A DNA stretch of 48,040 nt from a virus (IMGVR_UViG_3300025267_000020:1-48040); one strand, 5' to 3'. Positions 27,419 to 35,827 are shown, counted from the stretch's first letter. Made by a program: numbers and translations. Notes: generated by a model from the letters alone, not told the origin.

Positions 27419-27769
27419 TTACATCCGATCTTTCAGCGCATCGACAGACAAAACAGCACCGAACGCAGACGGATTCTGCTCATCCTCATCAATGCTCGTT
27501 TCATCCCAATGCTCAACACGCTCAGTCCCAACATCAGCCATAAAATCACGAAACGGTTTGTCCTCAAAATCCGCAAACGCCCAAGCCCCAACCACAACAT
27601 CAATCCACATCGCATCACGTCCTGCAAACGGTTTACCCTCAAGCCACGATGTCTCAAAAACAAACGATCCATTGTTTTTCTGTACTGGCTTCAACCGCTG
27701 CTCAATCAGTAACACAAACTTGCTTGCATTCGTTTCACGAATCTCCAAACGCTTTCTTGATGCTTTCAT
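27419..27769 (-). CDS. hypothetical protein
   Basis: AGGAG RBS; tight packing. Confidence 0.6.
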   Translation of the reverse strand: MKASRKRLEIRETNASKFVLLIEQRLKPVQKNNGSFVFETSWLEGKPFAGRDAMWIDVVVGAWAFADFEDKPFRDFMADVGTERVEHWDETSIDEDEQNPSAFGAVLSVDALKDRM

Positions 27770-27801
27770 TTTTTTTGCTCCTAATCTGAATTTCTGAGAT
27801 C

Positions 27802-28116
27802 CTAGCCAAGAACCTTGAAATCCTCCAGAAGTGGATCGAACGTTCCCGCTAAAATATCCAGACCCTGAAGATTTCGCGTCACCGCTGTCAACCGCTCACT
27901 CTGTGCAGACAATTCCTTGATCGCGTCAGCCTCTAGCATAGAATCCATAGCCTCAAAATCAAGAAACGGTTTCTCTGGGTTATCCGTTGTATTCTCAATC
28001 AACTCTTTAATCGCAAAATCCAAACACTCAATCTGGATCTTCAATGCGCTGATCGCGTAATTGCGCCGACGTTGAGCTATTCGCAAGTCTGAGTTTTTAT
28101 CTTGGTTCTTAATCAT
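27802..28116 (-). CDS. hypothetical helical protein (leaderless, MIK start)
   Basis: ATG 7 nt after TAGAAT of cassette 7. Confidence 0.65.
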   Translation of the reverse strand: MIKNQDKNSDLRIAQRRRNYAISALKIQIECLDFAIKELIENTTDNPEKPFLDFEAMDSMLEADAIKELSAQSERLTAVTRNLQGLDILAGTFDPLLEDFKVLG

Positions 28117-28122
28117 GATTAC

Positions 28123-28160
28123 ATTCTACCTGGAAAATTTACTCAACACAAGAAAAAAAT
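28123..28160 (-). promoter_or_regulatory. promoter cassette 7
   Basis: T tract, TTGTGT-17-TAGAAT. Confidence 0.65.
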
Positions 28161-28165
28161 ACGGA

Positions 28166-28360
28166 TTATTTTTTGCACGCCCTCACAAACGCTTGAGCGT
28201 CTGATCTGCTGTTGAAATAATCAAGAACCTCATAGGCAGGAGATCCCCAAACTTGATCCTCGTCATAGTAACGCCAAATCTTCACACGCCCAGCACCCCA
28301 AGATTCACGATCTGAGAAGCGCACAACCACGTAATATTTTTGCTTCATCGATTTTTCCAT
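28166..28360 (-). CDS. small hypothetical protein
   Basis: AAAGGAG RBS before MEKSMKQKYYVV. Confidence 0.65.
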   Translation of the reverse strand: MEKSMKQKYYVVVRFSDRESWGAGRVKIWRYYDEDQVWGSPAYEVLDYFNSRSDAQAFVRACKK

Positions 28361-28402
28361 TTTGCTTGCTCCTTTGTTGTTCCGTTCGCTCACAATGTAA
28401 GC

Positions 28403-28473
28403 ATTGTATCAACGCCATTCATTAGGTGTCAAGAAAAAAAACAGCCGCTACCAAAAAAAACTGATAGCGACTG
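28403..28473 (-). promoter_or_regulatory. terminator-promoter cassette 8
   Basis: CAGTCGCTATCAG-Tn-TGGTAGCGGCTG hairpin, T tract, TTGACA-18-(TGA)TACAAT. Confidence 0.8.
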
Positions 28474-28486
28474 CCAGAAGGAAAAA

Positions 28487-29374
28487 TCACGCTGCGTCAA
28501 ATGCTCTCGATGGACGGTCCACAACCATCGTATCAAGCTTCGTTTTTAGCTCACCAAACTTTGTTCGCACGGCATCACGCATGGCATCATCGGTTCTCAG
28601 CAATGACGGCTCCACACCAACCATCGCCTCTTGTGCATCAGACACCAGCCCTTGCAACTCCGCATCGTCAGCAATATTCCGATTCGCAAATGTTGTCAAA
28701 AAACCATCGAGCTTTTCAAACATCGAAACGTGAAAGCTTTTTTTCTTCCCGCTATCATCAGACATCAACCGCGCCTGAATGTGTGTGACCATTTCAAGCA
28801 TAGTCGCTCGCAACAGCTTCCTGCATTCTTCAAGCGCATTTGTCCAGACCTGATCAGCCTTCTCACGCTCACGCGCAAAAATATCAGCCTTGATACTTTT
28901 TAGATTTTCCGGCGTGCCAAATTCGATATAGTGACTTTCCAGACCGAACGATCCACGCACCTTTTCAATCGGCGGATAATCCGACTCGGAAAACAGCGAT
29001 CCAAGCTTCTGGCGAGCCTCTGTGCATCGCTGCTCATATACGCTCAAAAACTCGTCAACAAGCACAGCACGATCAGATCGGAATTTCTCAAACTCCGCAT
29101 CCACCTCTTCAATCAGCGTCACCGGCAAAAGCCACACACCAGCCTTGAAAAACGACGGCAGGCAACGCGATGTCAAAAACTTCCGCAGCTTATTATCAAG
29201 CGTTTGCACTCGCTTCAGCTCATCGCTTTCTAGGATCGCTTTCGAGACATACAGCATTGATTTGTCTGCATCCGTCCCAACGTCAGCAGTACTCACCTTG
29301 CGCCGCACACCGAGCCTCTTTGACTCAACCACAAACCCAACCGCCTTTTCAAAAACCGCCTTTGCTTCTGACAT
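28487..29374 (-). CDS. DUF3150-like helical protein
   Basis: AAGGAG RBS; SKAIL...RCLP....GVWLLP...F.ESDYP motifs recalled from mobile-element AAA-associated proteins. Confidence 0.55.
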   Translation of the reverse strand: MSEAKAVFEKAVGFVVESKRLGVRRKVSTADVGTDADKSMLYVSKAILESDELKRVQTLDNKLRKFLTSRCLPSFFKAGVWLLPVTLIEEVDAEFEKFRSDRAVLVDEFLSVYEQRCTEARQKLGSLFSESDYPPIEKVRGSFGLESHYIEFGTPENLKSIKADIFAREREKADQVWTNALEECRKLLRATMLEMVTHIQARLMSDDSGKKKSFHVSMFEKLDGFLTTFANRNIADDAELQGLVSDAQEAMVGVEPSLLRTDDAMRDAVRTKFGELKTKLDTMVVDRPSRAFDAA

Positions 29375-29446
29375 AATGATCTCCTTTGAAAGTTATAAAG
29401 TATTTTTTTATAATATCACGCCAAGACAAAAACACAACAATAAAAA

Positions 29447-29716
29447 TCAGATTTCAAATTTGTCATGCAGCCATACACGTTCAGCCGCCAGCGCATCCTT
29501 TCGCAATCGGTACGGACCTAAGATCGGTCCCTCGCTCAAATCCATATCAGCAATCCACTGCCCACGTACCGGTTCCACACTCGACGCACGCTCAGTATGC
29601 AGATCAGCAACCTCATCACCGATTAACTGCACATCCTCATCAAGCACAGATTCGGCATCCTCATACGCATACGCAATACCCTCACCGACAAACACAAACC
29701 TCACAAAATCCATCAA
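29447..29716 (-). CDS. conserved hypothetical protein of the AAA module
   Basis: RASSVEP..GQWIADM....GPILGPY..R.DALAAE..WL. Confidence 0.65.
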   Translation of the reverse strand: MMDFVRFVFVGEGIAYAYEDAESVLDEDVQLIGDEVADLHTERASSVEPVRGQWIADMDLSEGPILGPYRLRKDALAAERVWLHDKFEI

Positions 29717-29919
29717 TACATCCTTGTCTGTTTTTGCGATTCTCGCTGCTCGACCATTCCGTACTCACGTTTTTTTTCGCGCAACGCATCACCATCAAAC
29801 CCAAGCTCACACTCAAGATCCCGCGTCAGTGCAAGACATGATCTTCCGGACGCACCATGCACCTCCACAACAGGATCAGCCTCATCCGAAAACGTGACAG
29901 TGATCAATTTTTCGCCCAT
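29713..29919 (-). CDS. DUF2997-like protein
   Basis: VEVHGASGRSCLALTRDLECELG...KREY. Confidence 0.7.
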   Translation of the reverse strand: MGEKLITVTFSDEADPVVEVHGASGRSCLALTRDLECELGFDGDALREKKREYGMVEQRESQKQTRMY

Positions 29920-30368
29920 ACGCGCACCTCACGTTTTCCGCTCCTGGTTCGACCATCCTCTACGCGATACCCTTTTTTTCTATACGTTCTAATCGTAGCC
30001 TGAACACCGGTTTCCTCTTTCAGCTGCACCAACCCAACCCCAAACGCCTTTTCAAGCCTGCCGCCATGCACGCCATACGCATCATATACAGCCTCGTACC
30101 CACGACCATCATGATGCCGAACTAACCCGATTTCATAGTCTCTTTTTGTGGCATCATCCAACACAATCGCATGCTCGCATCGTCCAAACTTCAACGGATC
30201 GAATCCACGGGTGATCGCAGCACGATCACTTTCCCAATCATTTAGAAACTTTCCATACCAATTGTGAGTCTCTTGGTTTCTGACTAAACGCCCACCAAGC
30301 TTTTTCGCGGCAATCTCAACATCAGCCAAATTCATAATTCGCATTTTTCCAGTTGTTACATGGCTCAT
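29904..30368 (-). CDS. DUF1257/Ycf35-like protein
   Basis: MSHVTT start, YEIGLVR...YEAVYD, KKGYRV. Confidence 0.7.
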   Translation of the reverse strand: MSHVTTGKMRIMNLADVEIAAKKLGGRLVRNQETHNWYGKFLNDWESDRAAITRGFDPLKFGRCEHAIVLDDATKRDYEIGLVRHHDGRGYEAVYDAYGVHGGRLEKAFGVGLVQLKEETGVQATIRTYRKKGYRVEDGRTRSGKREVRVWAKN

Positions 30369-30380
30369 GATTTCTCCTCA

Positions 30381-30683
30381 TCAATGCAAAATTTGATCGT
30401 CATCATTTTCCGGATCGTCCCATCCCGCATCCATCGCAACACACATCACCTCACCAGGAAGCACCTGGAAAATTTCACACTCATCCTCAGTGCCTTGATC
30501 AATTACCGAAAAAATGATCGCCATTTTCGCCTTACCGCGAAACCCAAACACCACTTCGTGTTCTTCTCCCGACTCGAATCCCGGTGGCATATATCGCAAT
30601 GTTTTTTCCAGCACGCGATCCAGATACGACCGAGCAAACCCCAATCGCCTCAATGACACCTCAGTTTCAATTTCAACACTCAT
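30381..30683 (-). CDS. hypothetical acidic protein
   Basis: ORF inside the AAA operon. Confidence 0.5.
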   Translation of the reverse strand: MSVEIETEVSLRRLGFARSYLDRVLEKTLRYMPPGFESGEEHEVVFGFRGKAKMAIIFSVIDQGTEDECEIFQVLPGEVMCVAMDAGWDDPENDDDQILH

Positions 30684-30790
30684 TTAGATCACCCCAAGCA
30701 CAAAGCCATCAAAATCCAACACTTCAACAAATCCCATCAACGCGCCACGGGATAATTCGGCAACGTCAACACAAAACTCGACTAAAAAAT

Positions 30791-30901
30791 CTACTCATGC
30801 TCACTCCCTAGACGCTTATCGCAATCGCGGCAAATCCACGAATCAGCACTTTTCAAAACCGCTGTACACAACGTGCAACGACGGATCTTTTTCGCGTCCA
30901 T
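30791..30901 (-). CDS. 36-aa zinc-finger microprotein
   Basis: MDAKKIRRCTLCTAVLKSADSWICRDCDKRLGSEHE, starting 1 nt after the AAA stop. Confidence 0.5.
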   Translation of the reverse strand: MDAKKIRRCTLCTAVLKSADSWICRDCDKRLGSEHE

Positions 30902-30902
30902 A

Positions 30903-32468
30903 TCAGGCATCACCTAAATCCAAATACACACCAGAGGCTGATGCGTTTTTATGCGTGCCAGTCGCAATCGAACGACGCCTCGCAATGGATGCCGCATCAG
31001 ACATCTTGATCGGTACCACTTCCTTGACCGCCTCCAGTAATGAAATATTCAATCGATGCGCGATCCAGCACACATTTCTAATTTCCGCACCAGTTAAATC
31101 CTGACAACGATCCACAAATCTATCAAGCGTTGATGTGTCTTGGATCGTCGCCGTAATAGGTAATTGATTATATTTTTCTAGATACATCCTACACAAAGAA
31201 ACACGCTCAGCATCAGTCGGCAAATCATAAAACCACACACCATCAACAAAACGCCTTTTTAACTCTGGAGGTACACTCTGCAACTCATTGCACGTTGCCA
31301 TGACATAGACACGATCACCGCCAATAGCCTTAATCGTTTTCATGGCTCGACGAATTTTTTGTTCAGACTCACCAACGAATTTGCTCCGCGTTGCACCCAG
31401 ATCCAGCACGAGCGTTTGCACTCCAAAAGTTTTTCCGACCGCACGAGTTAAAAGCGTTTTGCTGCAACCCGGATGACCATACGCGATTTGACCAGACCAC
31501 CCATTATCCTCCATCTCAGTTAGCAAAACTTGCAACTCATCTTTTCCTGTTGCGCTGCCGTGATACCCGTCTTCATTCCCGCTTATTTTTTTCTCAAGCT
31601 CATCGATACGCACCACAACCGCTGGTTTTTCTGGACCTGTAAAAAGTTGTGTGAGAAATGTTTTTGCATGACTCAACCCACACACATCATGAAACGTGCA
31701 ATCGCTCTCATCTACAGACAACCCAGGAACCGCGTTGATATAGGCAGACCGACGCTCAGACAATGACGCGGAATCCAAAGCTAGATGCTCATCCAGCGTC
31801 ATCGCAACAGCCTGCTCAGCCTCAAAACCAGACAGACCACGCAGCGCGGACACGCCATCAGCAATCGATCCTTCATCTGGACTATCCATCTTGCGAGACG
31901 CTTGCACGCACAACACCATCTCATCAATAATCCCAGCCAACTCAAAATCATTCGGCAGCGGTTGATCCAGCACCATCACATCATGAGCTAACCCACTCGG
32001 AATTTCCAACGACGCATCAAGAAAAATCAACGTCTTCTGATCTGCCTTTAGGCGATCTCTACAATTCGCGATAGCTTGCACCGCTACCGGATCACGCAGA
32101 CACTCATCCGCTCCAAACACGAGCAACACAGATCGAGGATGTTTCAGCCCGAAATCCCATTTTCGAGCTTGACGATGCTGCTTTGCGCCAGAAAAATTCG
32201 CAAGAAAATCCACCAGCCCATGCACTCCAGCAAAATCATCAGATTCAACCTCTGACCATTGGGAAATAATCTCTCTAGCAGATTTCGTGGCTGGCCTCAG
32301 ACCATCAGCCAGATTCCACGTATACACCGGATCGTGTCGATCTGTGCTTGTTGTTAACCCTCCAATAATCTGCCTAACCGTTTCCGGCTGATCTGGTGTA
32401 GTCACACCGATGATCGGTGTTGAGACGCGACGTGCAGCATTTACAATTTCGCTAATCGATCTTTTCAT
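30903..32468 (-). CDS. Ycf46-like AAA+ ATPase with permuted Walker motifs
   Basis: Inactive-AAA-like N-half; FHDVCGL, VVVRIDELEK (284-293), GHPGCSKT (331-338), KFVGESE, VYVMATCN, PPELKRRF. Confidence 0.85.
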   Translation of the reverse strand: MKRSISEIVNAARRVSTPIIGVTTPDQPETVRQIIGGLTTSTDRHDPVYTWNLADGLRPATKSAREIISQWSEVESDDFAGVHGLVDFLANFSGAKQHRQARKWDFGLKHPRSVLLVFGADECLRDPVAVQAIANCRDRLKADQKTLIFLDASLEIPSGLAHDVMVLDQPLPNDFELAGIIDEMVLCVQASRKMDSPDEGSIADGVSALRGLSGFEAEQAVAMTLDEHLALDSASLSERRSAYINAVPGLSVDESDCTFHDVCGLSHAKTFLTQLFTGPEKPAVVVRIDELEKKISGNEDGYHGSATGKDELQVLLTEMEDNGWSGQIAYGHPGCSKTLLTRAVGKTFGVQTLVLDLGATRSKFVGESEQKIRRAMKTIKAIGGDRVYVMATCNELQSVPPELKRRFVDGVWFYDLPTDAERVSLCRMYLEKYNQLPITATIQDTSTLDRFVDRCQDLTGAEIRNVCWIAHRLNISLLEAVKEVVPIKMSDAASIARRRSIATGTHKNASASGVYLDLGDA

Positions 32469-32824
32469 CCTCTCGATCTCCTTTCATCTTCGCGCCATCC
32501 CCAACCATCCTCTTTCAACTTATACATTGTCACTCTCACGGTATGCGGAGAAATTCCAAGCACATCACCAATCGCTTTCGCTGTGCCTGCACCAAGGCAA
32601 AATCGCACAATTTCTTCTTGCCGCTGTGTGAGCTTTTTTTCTCTCCCCTGGATGTCAGTCCAGCCTTTTTCATTTTCCGCCAGAACCGCCTTCGCCCAAC
32701 GTTGACGCCGAATCAGCACCACTGACATTCCACGATCTTTTATGTACGTATCCTCAACTACAGATTTACGACTGTCAAGATCCACCGAAAGAGGCATGTC
32801 TGTGTTGTTGTTTGTCTTAATCAT
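32465..32824 (-). CDS. LuxR-type HTH protein (leaderless, MIK start)
   Basis: LTQRQEEIV....G...KAIGDVLGISPHTVRV. Confidence 0.8.
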   Translation of the reverse strand: MIKTNNNTDMPLSVDLDSRKSVVEDTYIKDRGMSVVLIRRQRWAKAVLAENEKGWTDIQGREKKLTQRQEEIVRFCLGAGTAKAIGDVLGISPHTVRVTMYKLKEDGWGWREDERRSRG

Positions 32825-32830
32825 GTATAG

Positions 32831-32859
32831 ATAGTATCAACGAGATTCACTAGTGTCAA
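32831..32859 (-). promoter_or_regulatory. promoter cassette 9
   Basis: TTGACA-17-(TGA)TACTAT; shares ttaatcatgtatagatagtatcaacgagattcac with cassette 10. Confidence 0.85.
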
Positions 32860-32879
32860 CCATTAAAAACGACCATCAC

Positions 32880-32909
32880 AAAAAAAAGGCTGGCAGTGAT
32901 GCCAGCCTT
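32880..32909 (-). terminator. intrinsic terminator
   Basis: AAGGCTGGCA-TCAC-TGCCAGCCTT followed by T run. Confidence 0.85.
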
Positions 32910-32929
32910 AACCCCAGCATATAAAAAAA

Positions 32930-33235
32930 TCAGTAAACGTAAACACCACTCTGGCAAGCTTCAATGGTAGGAAAACGACCAGCTGAATGGTCTGTGATTA
33001 TCGCCACTGGTGCAAATCTGCCTTGCTCAGTCACTGATACCATCCACGTTGCGATCCTCGCTCCATCCTCGCCCCACACTCCATTACCCTCAACGCGCAT
33101 CCCAGCCAATTCAGAAAATTTAACCAATGCCTTGATTGCGTTGTTTTGCGTTTTGTAGCCTTTGTGGCTGGGCGTCGTCTGGTGCGGGTTGCTCGCTGTC
33201 ATGTTGTTTTCTCCTTTGTCGTTTGCCTTAATCAT
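32930..33235 (-). CDS. hypothetical protein (MIK start, or internal SD-led start at 33202)
   Basis: KGYKTQNNAIKA...GRFAPV motif; two in-frame starts. Confidence 0.65.
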   Translation of the reverse strand: MIKANDKGENNMTASNPHQTTPSHKGYKTQNNAIKALVKFSELAGMRVEGNGVWGEDGARIATWMVSVTEQGRFAPVAIITDHSAGRFPTIEACQSGVYVY

Positions 33236-33241
33236 GTATAG

Positions 33242-33300
33242 ATAGTATCAACGAGATTCACCCGAGTCAAGAAAAAAAATGGCCGCCTCAGAAAAAAAAC
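33242..33300 (-). promoter_or_regulatory. promoter cassette 10 (first promoter of early region)
   Basis: T tracts, TTGACT-17-(TGA)TACTAT. Confidence 0.85.
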
Positions 33301-33355
33301 TTTTCTGCAACTTCGGCATTTTCACCCTCGCTATAGTCAACTATGCTTACACCTC

Positions 33356-33934
33356 TCACCGGACAAAACCCAATGTCCGACGCAACCACCCGATCAAAAA
33401 CACCATCTGATCTGGATGACTCTTCACAAATTCAGCCAATCGCAATGACCGCACCCTTGCCAGTGAATTGCTCGATTCTCTATATCCTGTCGCTTGTATC
33501 GCATCCAAGGTATTTGGACCGATCAACCCATCCACATCAGTATCAACCGCACGCTGCAAATCCTTCACCGCCAGAAACGGACCACTCATTACAGAATCGT
33601 CGATCACCTGAGCCTGTAGCTCTGGATCTGGTATTTTCTGTATCCCATTTGTCTCCACGTAACGCCGACGATAGATCGTGAGAGCCTCATTTTTCGTCAA
33701 GGCTTTTAGATCGTTTTTAGACGCTGGTCTACGCCTCCACGATGAGAGCGTTGCCAAGGTGATCCCGCCCTTCGTCGGACCACCGCGATCCTTTGGATGC
33801 TCGGTATATTCCGGCCAACCTTCACGCTGTAAAATATCAGCCAAGACCTTATCGATTGCACCCATACCAGAACCCTCACCTAAATCAACGGCAGTGACAA
33901 CCGCGTGCCAATCACGACCTCGGCTTTGCTCCAC
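33356..33934 (-). CDS. endolysin, glycoside hydrolase family 108 with C-terminal peptidoglycan-binding region
   Basis: REGW..Y..HPKDRGGPTKGGIT, LQRAV...VDGLIGPNT, FLIGWLRR; start may be 33865. Confidence 0.9.
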   Translation of the reverse strand: MEQSRGRDWHAVVTAVDLGEGSGMGAIDKVLADILQREGWPEYTEHPKDRGGPTKGGITLATLSSWRRRPASKNDLKALTKNEALTIYRRRYVETNGIQKIPDPELQAQVIDDSVMSGPFLAVKDLQRAVDTDVDGLIGPNTLDAIQATGYRESSNSLARVRSLRLAEFVKSHPDQMVFLIGWLRRTLGFVR

Positions 33935-35072
33935 CGGACATCTCCCACGCTACACCTTCCCTGATCAGCATCTCACCAAAACGCTTCGCCTGCTCAAACG
34001 TTCTTGGTCGAGACGTGAAACCCTTTCCCGGACCAATCGAGCATTCAAAAATCCCCACCGAATGACGCCCGATCCGACCATCTTTTTCGTACCGCTTCAT
34101 CCTCAAATCATGCACTCGATAAAACCCCAACACCCCATCGTACTCATGCCCACCCGCCTCATACCTACCGCGAATGTTCCAGTCAAACGGAGCCTGCAAC
34201 GCGGACACGGTAGCATCTAAACCGTCCACATCGCTCACCGGAATACCCTCACCGGCTCGCTCATGTACGGCAACCGCCGTTCGATCTGGATCTGTCTTGC
34301 GTCTAATGGCAGAGAAAATATCATGCCGTTCCTGCAAACTGTCAGATTGATAAATATCCCCAACCTCACGGAATGGCGTCATGTGCGAACACAGATCCCC
34401 AAACGTTTCAGCAGACTCTTCCAGAAACGGAATCAATCGCTTGTGAGAACCGCCAAGCTCTTGCAAGAAATATTCTTGCGAGCATAAATACGCCCACGGG
34501 CTTTTTCCAATTTCGATAATATGCTTTAACCGTTTCCGCACATGAGCAATTGTCTCTTTTGATCCCAGAGCATGAAACGGTTGCTCACCTAATGCTGGCC
34601 TTGTCCCTGTACTTAAATCAATCACCACATGTGTTGATTCACGCTGTTCCGGTGATCGCAAATATCGCTCAACCTGCTCATCACCAAGCTTCATCGCCTG
34701 ACAAGCAAACAACCAGAATGGACCGTACAAATACGCCCCCCGTGGCTTTTCCCATCCATACGGCAAGCCAACCGATGATTGTTCTGGTGCTGGTGCTGGA
34801 TCAACCTCTTGCTGTCCCTGCACGCTTCTGATCCATTGCTCCAGCTCACCATGCGTTGCACCATTATCCGCTCGTAAAATCACCTCTGCCAATAGCTGTA
34901 ATTCTTCGTGATTTCGCAGAAACCCAGCATCAAAACAACCATCTTTCGCTGATGGTCTTGGGCCAAGCCACTCATGGTGTGGACATAACCGCATCGACAA
35001 ATCAGCCGCCCAACGAATCCATTCCTTCAACCGCAAAATATCATCAGTCGAAATCGGCTTGTCATTGCTCAT
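33912..35072 (-). CDS. hypothetical 386-aa protein
   Basis: Long ORF, no recognised motif; Pro-rich linker suggests two domains. Confidence 0.7.
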   Translation of the reverse strand: MSNDKPISTDDILRLKEWIRWAADLSMRLCPHHEWLGPRPSAKDGCFDAGFLRNHEELQLLAEVILRADNGATHGELEQWIRSVQGQQEVDPAPAPEQSSVGLPYGWEKPRGAYLYGPFWLFACQAMKLGDEQVERYLRSPEQRESTHVVIDLSTGTRPALGEQPFHALGSKETIAHVRKRLKHIIEIGKSPWAYLCSQEYFLQELGGSHKRLIPFLEESAETFGDLCSHMTPFREVGDIYQSDSLQERHDIFSAIRRKTDPDRTAVAVHERAGEGIPVSDVDGLDATVSALQAPFDWNIRGRYEAGGHEYDGVLGFYRVHDLRMKRYEKDGRIGRHSVGIFECSIGPGKGFTSRPRTFEQAKRFGEMLIREGVAWEMSGGAKPRS

Positions 35073-35081
35073 CGACGATCC

Positions 35082-35534
35082 TTACCTATGCACGCACACG
35101 ATCATTGACGGAAATGGCGCACCCGCATTCGCACCAGCAAACCGCACACGACCACGGATAAATTCGATACTGATTCCACGCCGCGGTTTATTCACACACC
35201 ACAAATGATCGTGAAACCAACTTACATCTGTTCTGGATGGCAGCAAGAAAATACCGCCTCGTTCCCGCACACCCTTTTCAACCCAATGCTTAATTTCTCG
35301 CCCATAGGGAGGATTGCAAAACCACCACTCACCAGACCTTGACCACACTTGCGACAAGCCATCATCGGATTCATTAAAAAAATCCAAACACTTCGCATTC
35401 GATGCAGACGCGCAAACATCCAATGTAATTTTTTGTCCGTATCTGCGCCAAACATCTTTCGCGATTACATCAAATAAATGCTGTGGCGTTGCCCAATCGG
35501 AACGCTTAGACCGCGGAATATACCCACCCATCAT
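35082..35534 (-). CDS. phage N6-adenine DNA methyltransferase (Dam-like, phage type)
   Basis: DWATP, TLDVCAS, DDGL, FCNPPY, LLPSRTD, GRVRF, APFPS. Confidence 0.9.
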   Translation of the reverse strand: MMGGYIPRSKRSDWATPQHLFDVIAKDVWRRYGQKITLDVCASASNAKCLDFFNESDDGLSQVWSRSGEWWFCNPPYGREIKHWVEKGVRERGGIFLLPSRTDVSWFHDHLWCVNKPRRGISIEFIRGRVRFAGANAGAPFPSMIVCVHR

Positions 35535-35827
35535 CGCACTCTTGCCGTTTCAATCACTGCGCGTGAATCTTCAGAATACGTCTCAAACTCCTGAACGAAT
35601 TTCGCGAACGCTGGCGGTTTCTTTGCCCCCTTGCCGCATAACGCGCACCCACGACAATTGCCGTTTTTGGTATGCTCGATATTCCACCCGTACGTGAATG
35701 CTCTTGCCCTCACACCCTGATACGGATTCATCCACCACTCGATACCTTTTTTCGCCGCTCTTAATCCGTTCCGATAGGCTGATCGAAAATTCTCCGATCC
35801 ACTTGCATGGCCTTCATCCTTCATTCC
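35531..35827 (-). CDS. hypothetical protein
   Basis: AYRNG...MNPY...AFTYGW, similar to the neighbour 35814..36032; start approximate. Confidence 0.5.
   Translation of the reverse strand, partial: GMKDEGHASGSENFRSAYRNGLRAAKKGIEWWMNPYQGVRARAFTYGWNIEHTKNGNCRGCALCGKGAKKPPAFAKFVQEFETYSEDSRAVIETARVR

Noticed and set aside
7133-33300. Repeated gtcaagaaaaaaaatgcgcc elements as a CRISPR array or integron attC sites
   Set aside because: Spacing is irregular and gene-sized, there is no cas operon or integron integrase, and the repeats are explained as terminator-promoter units.
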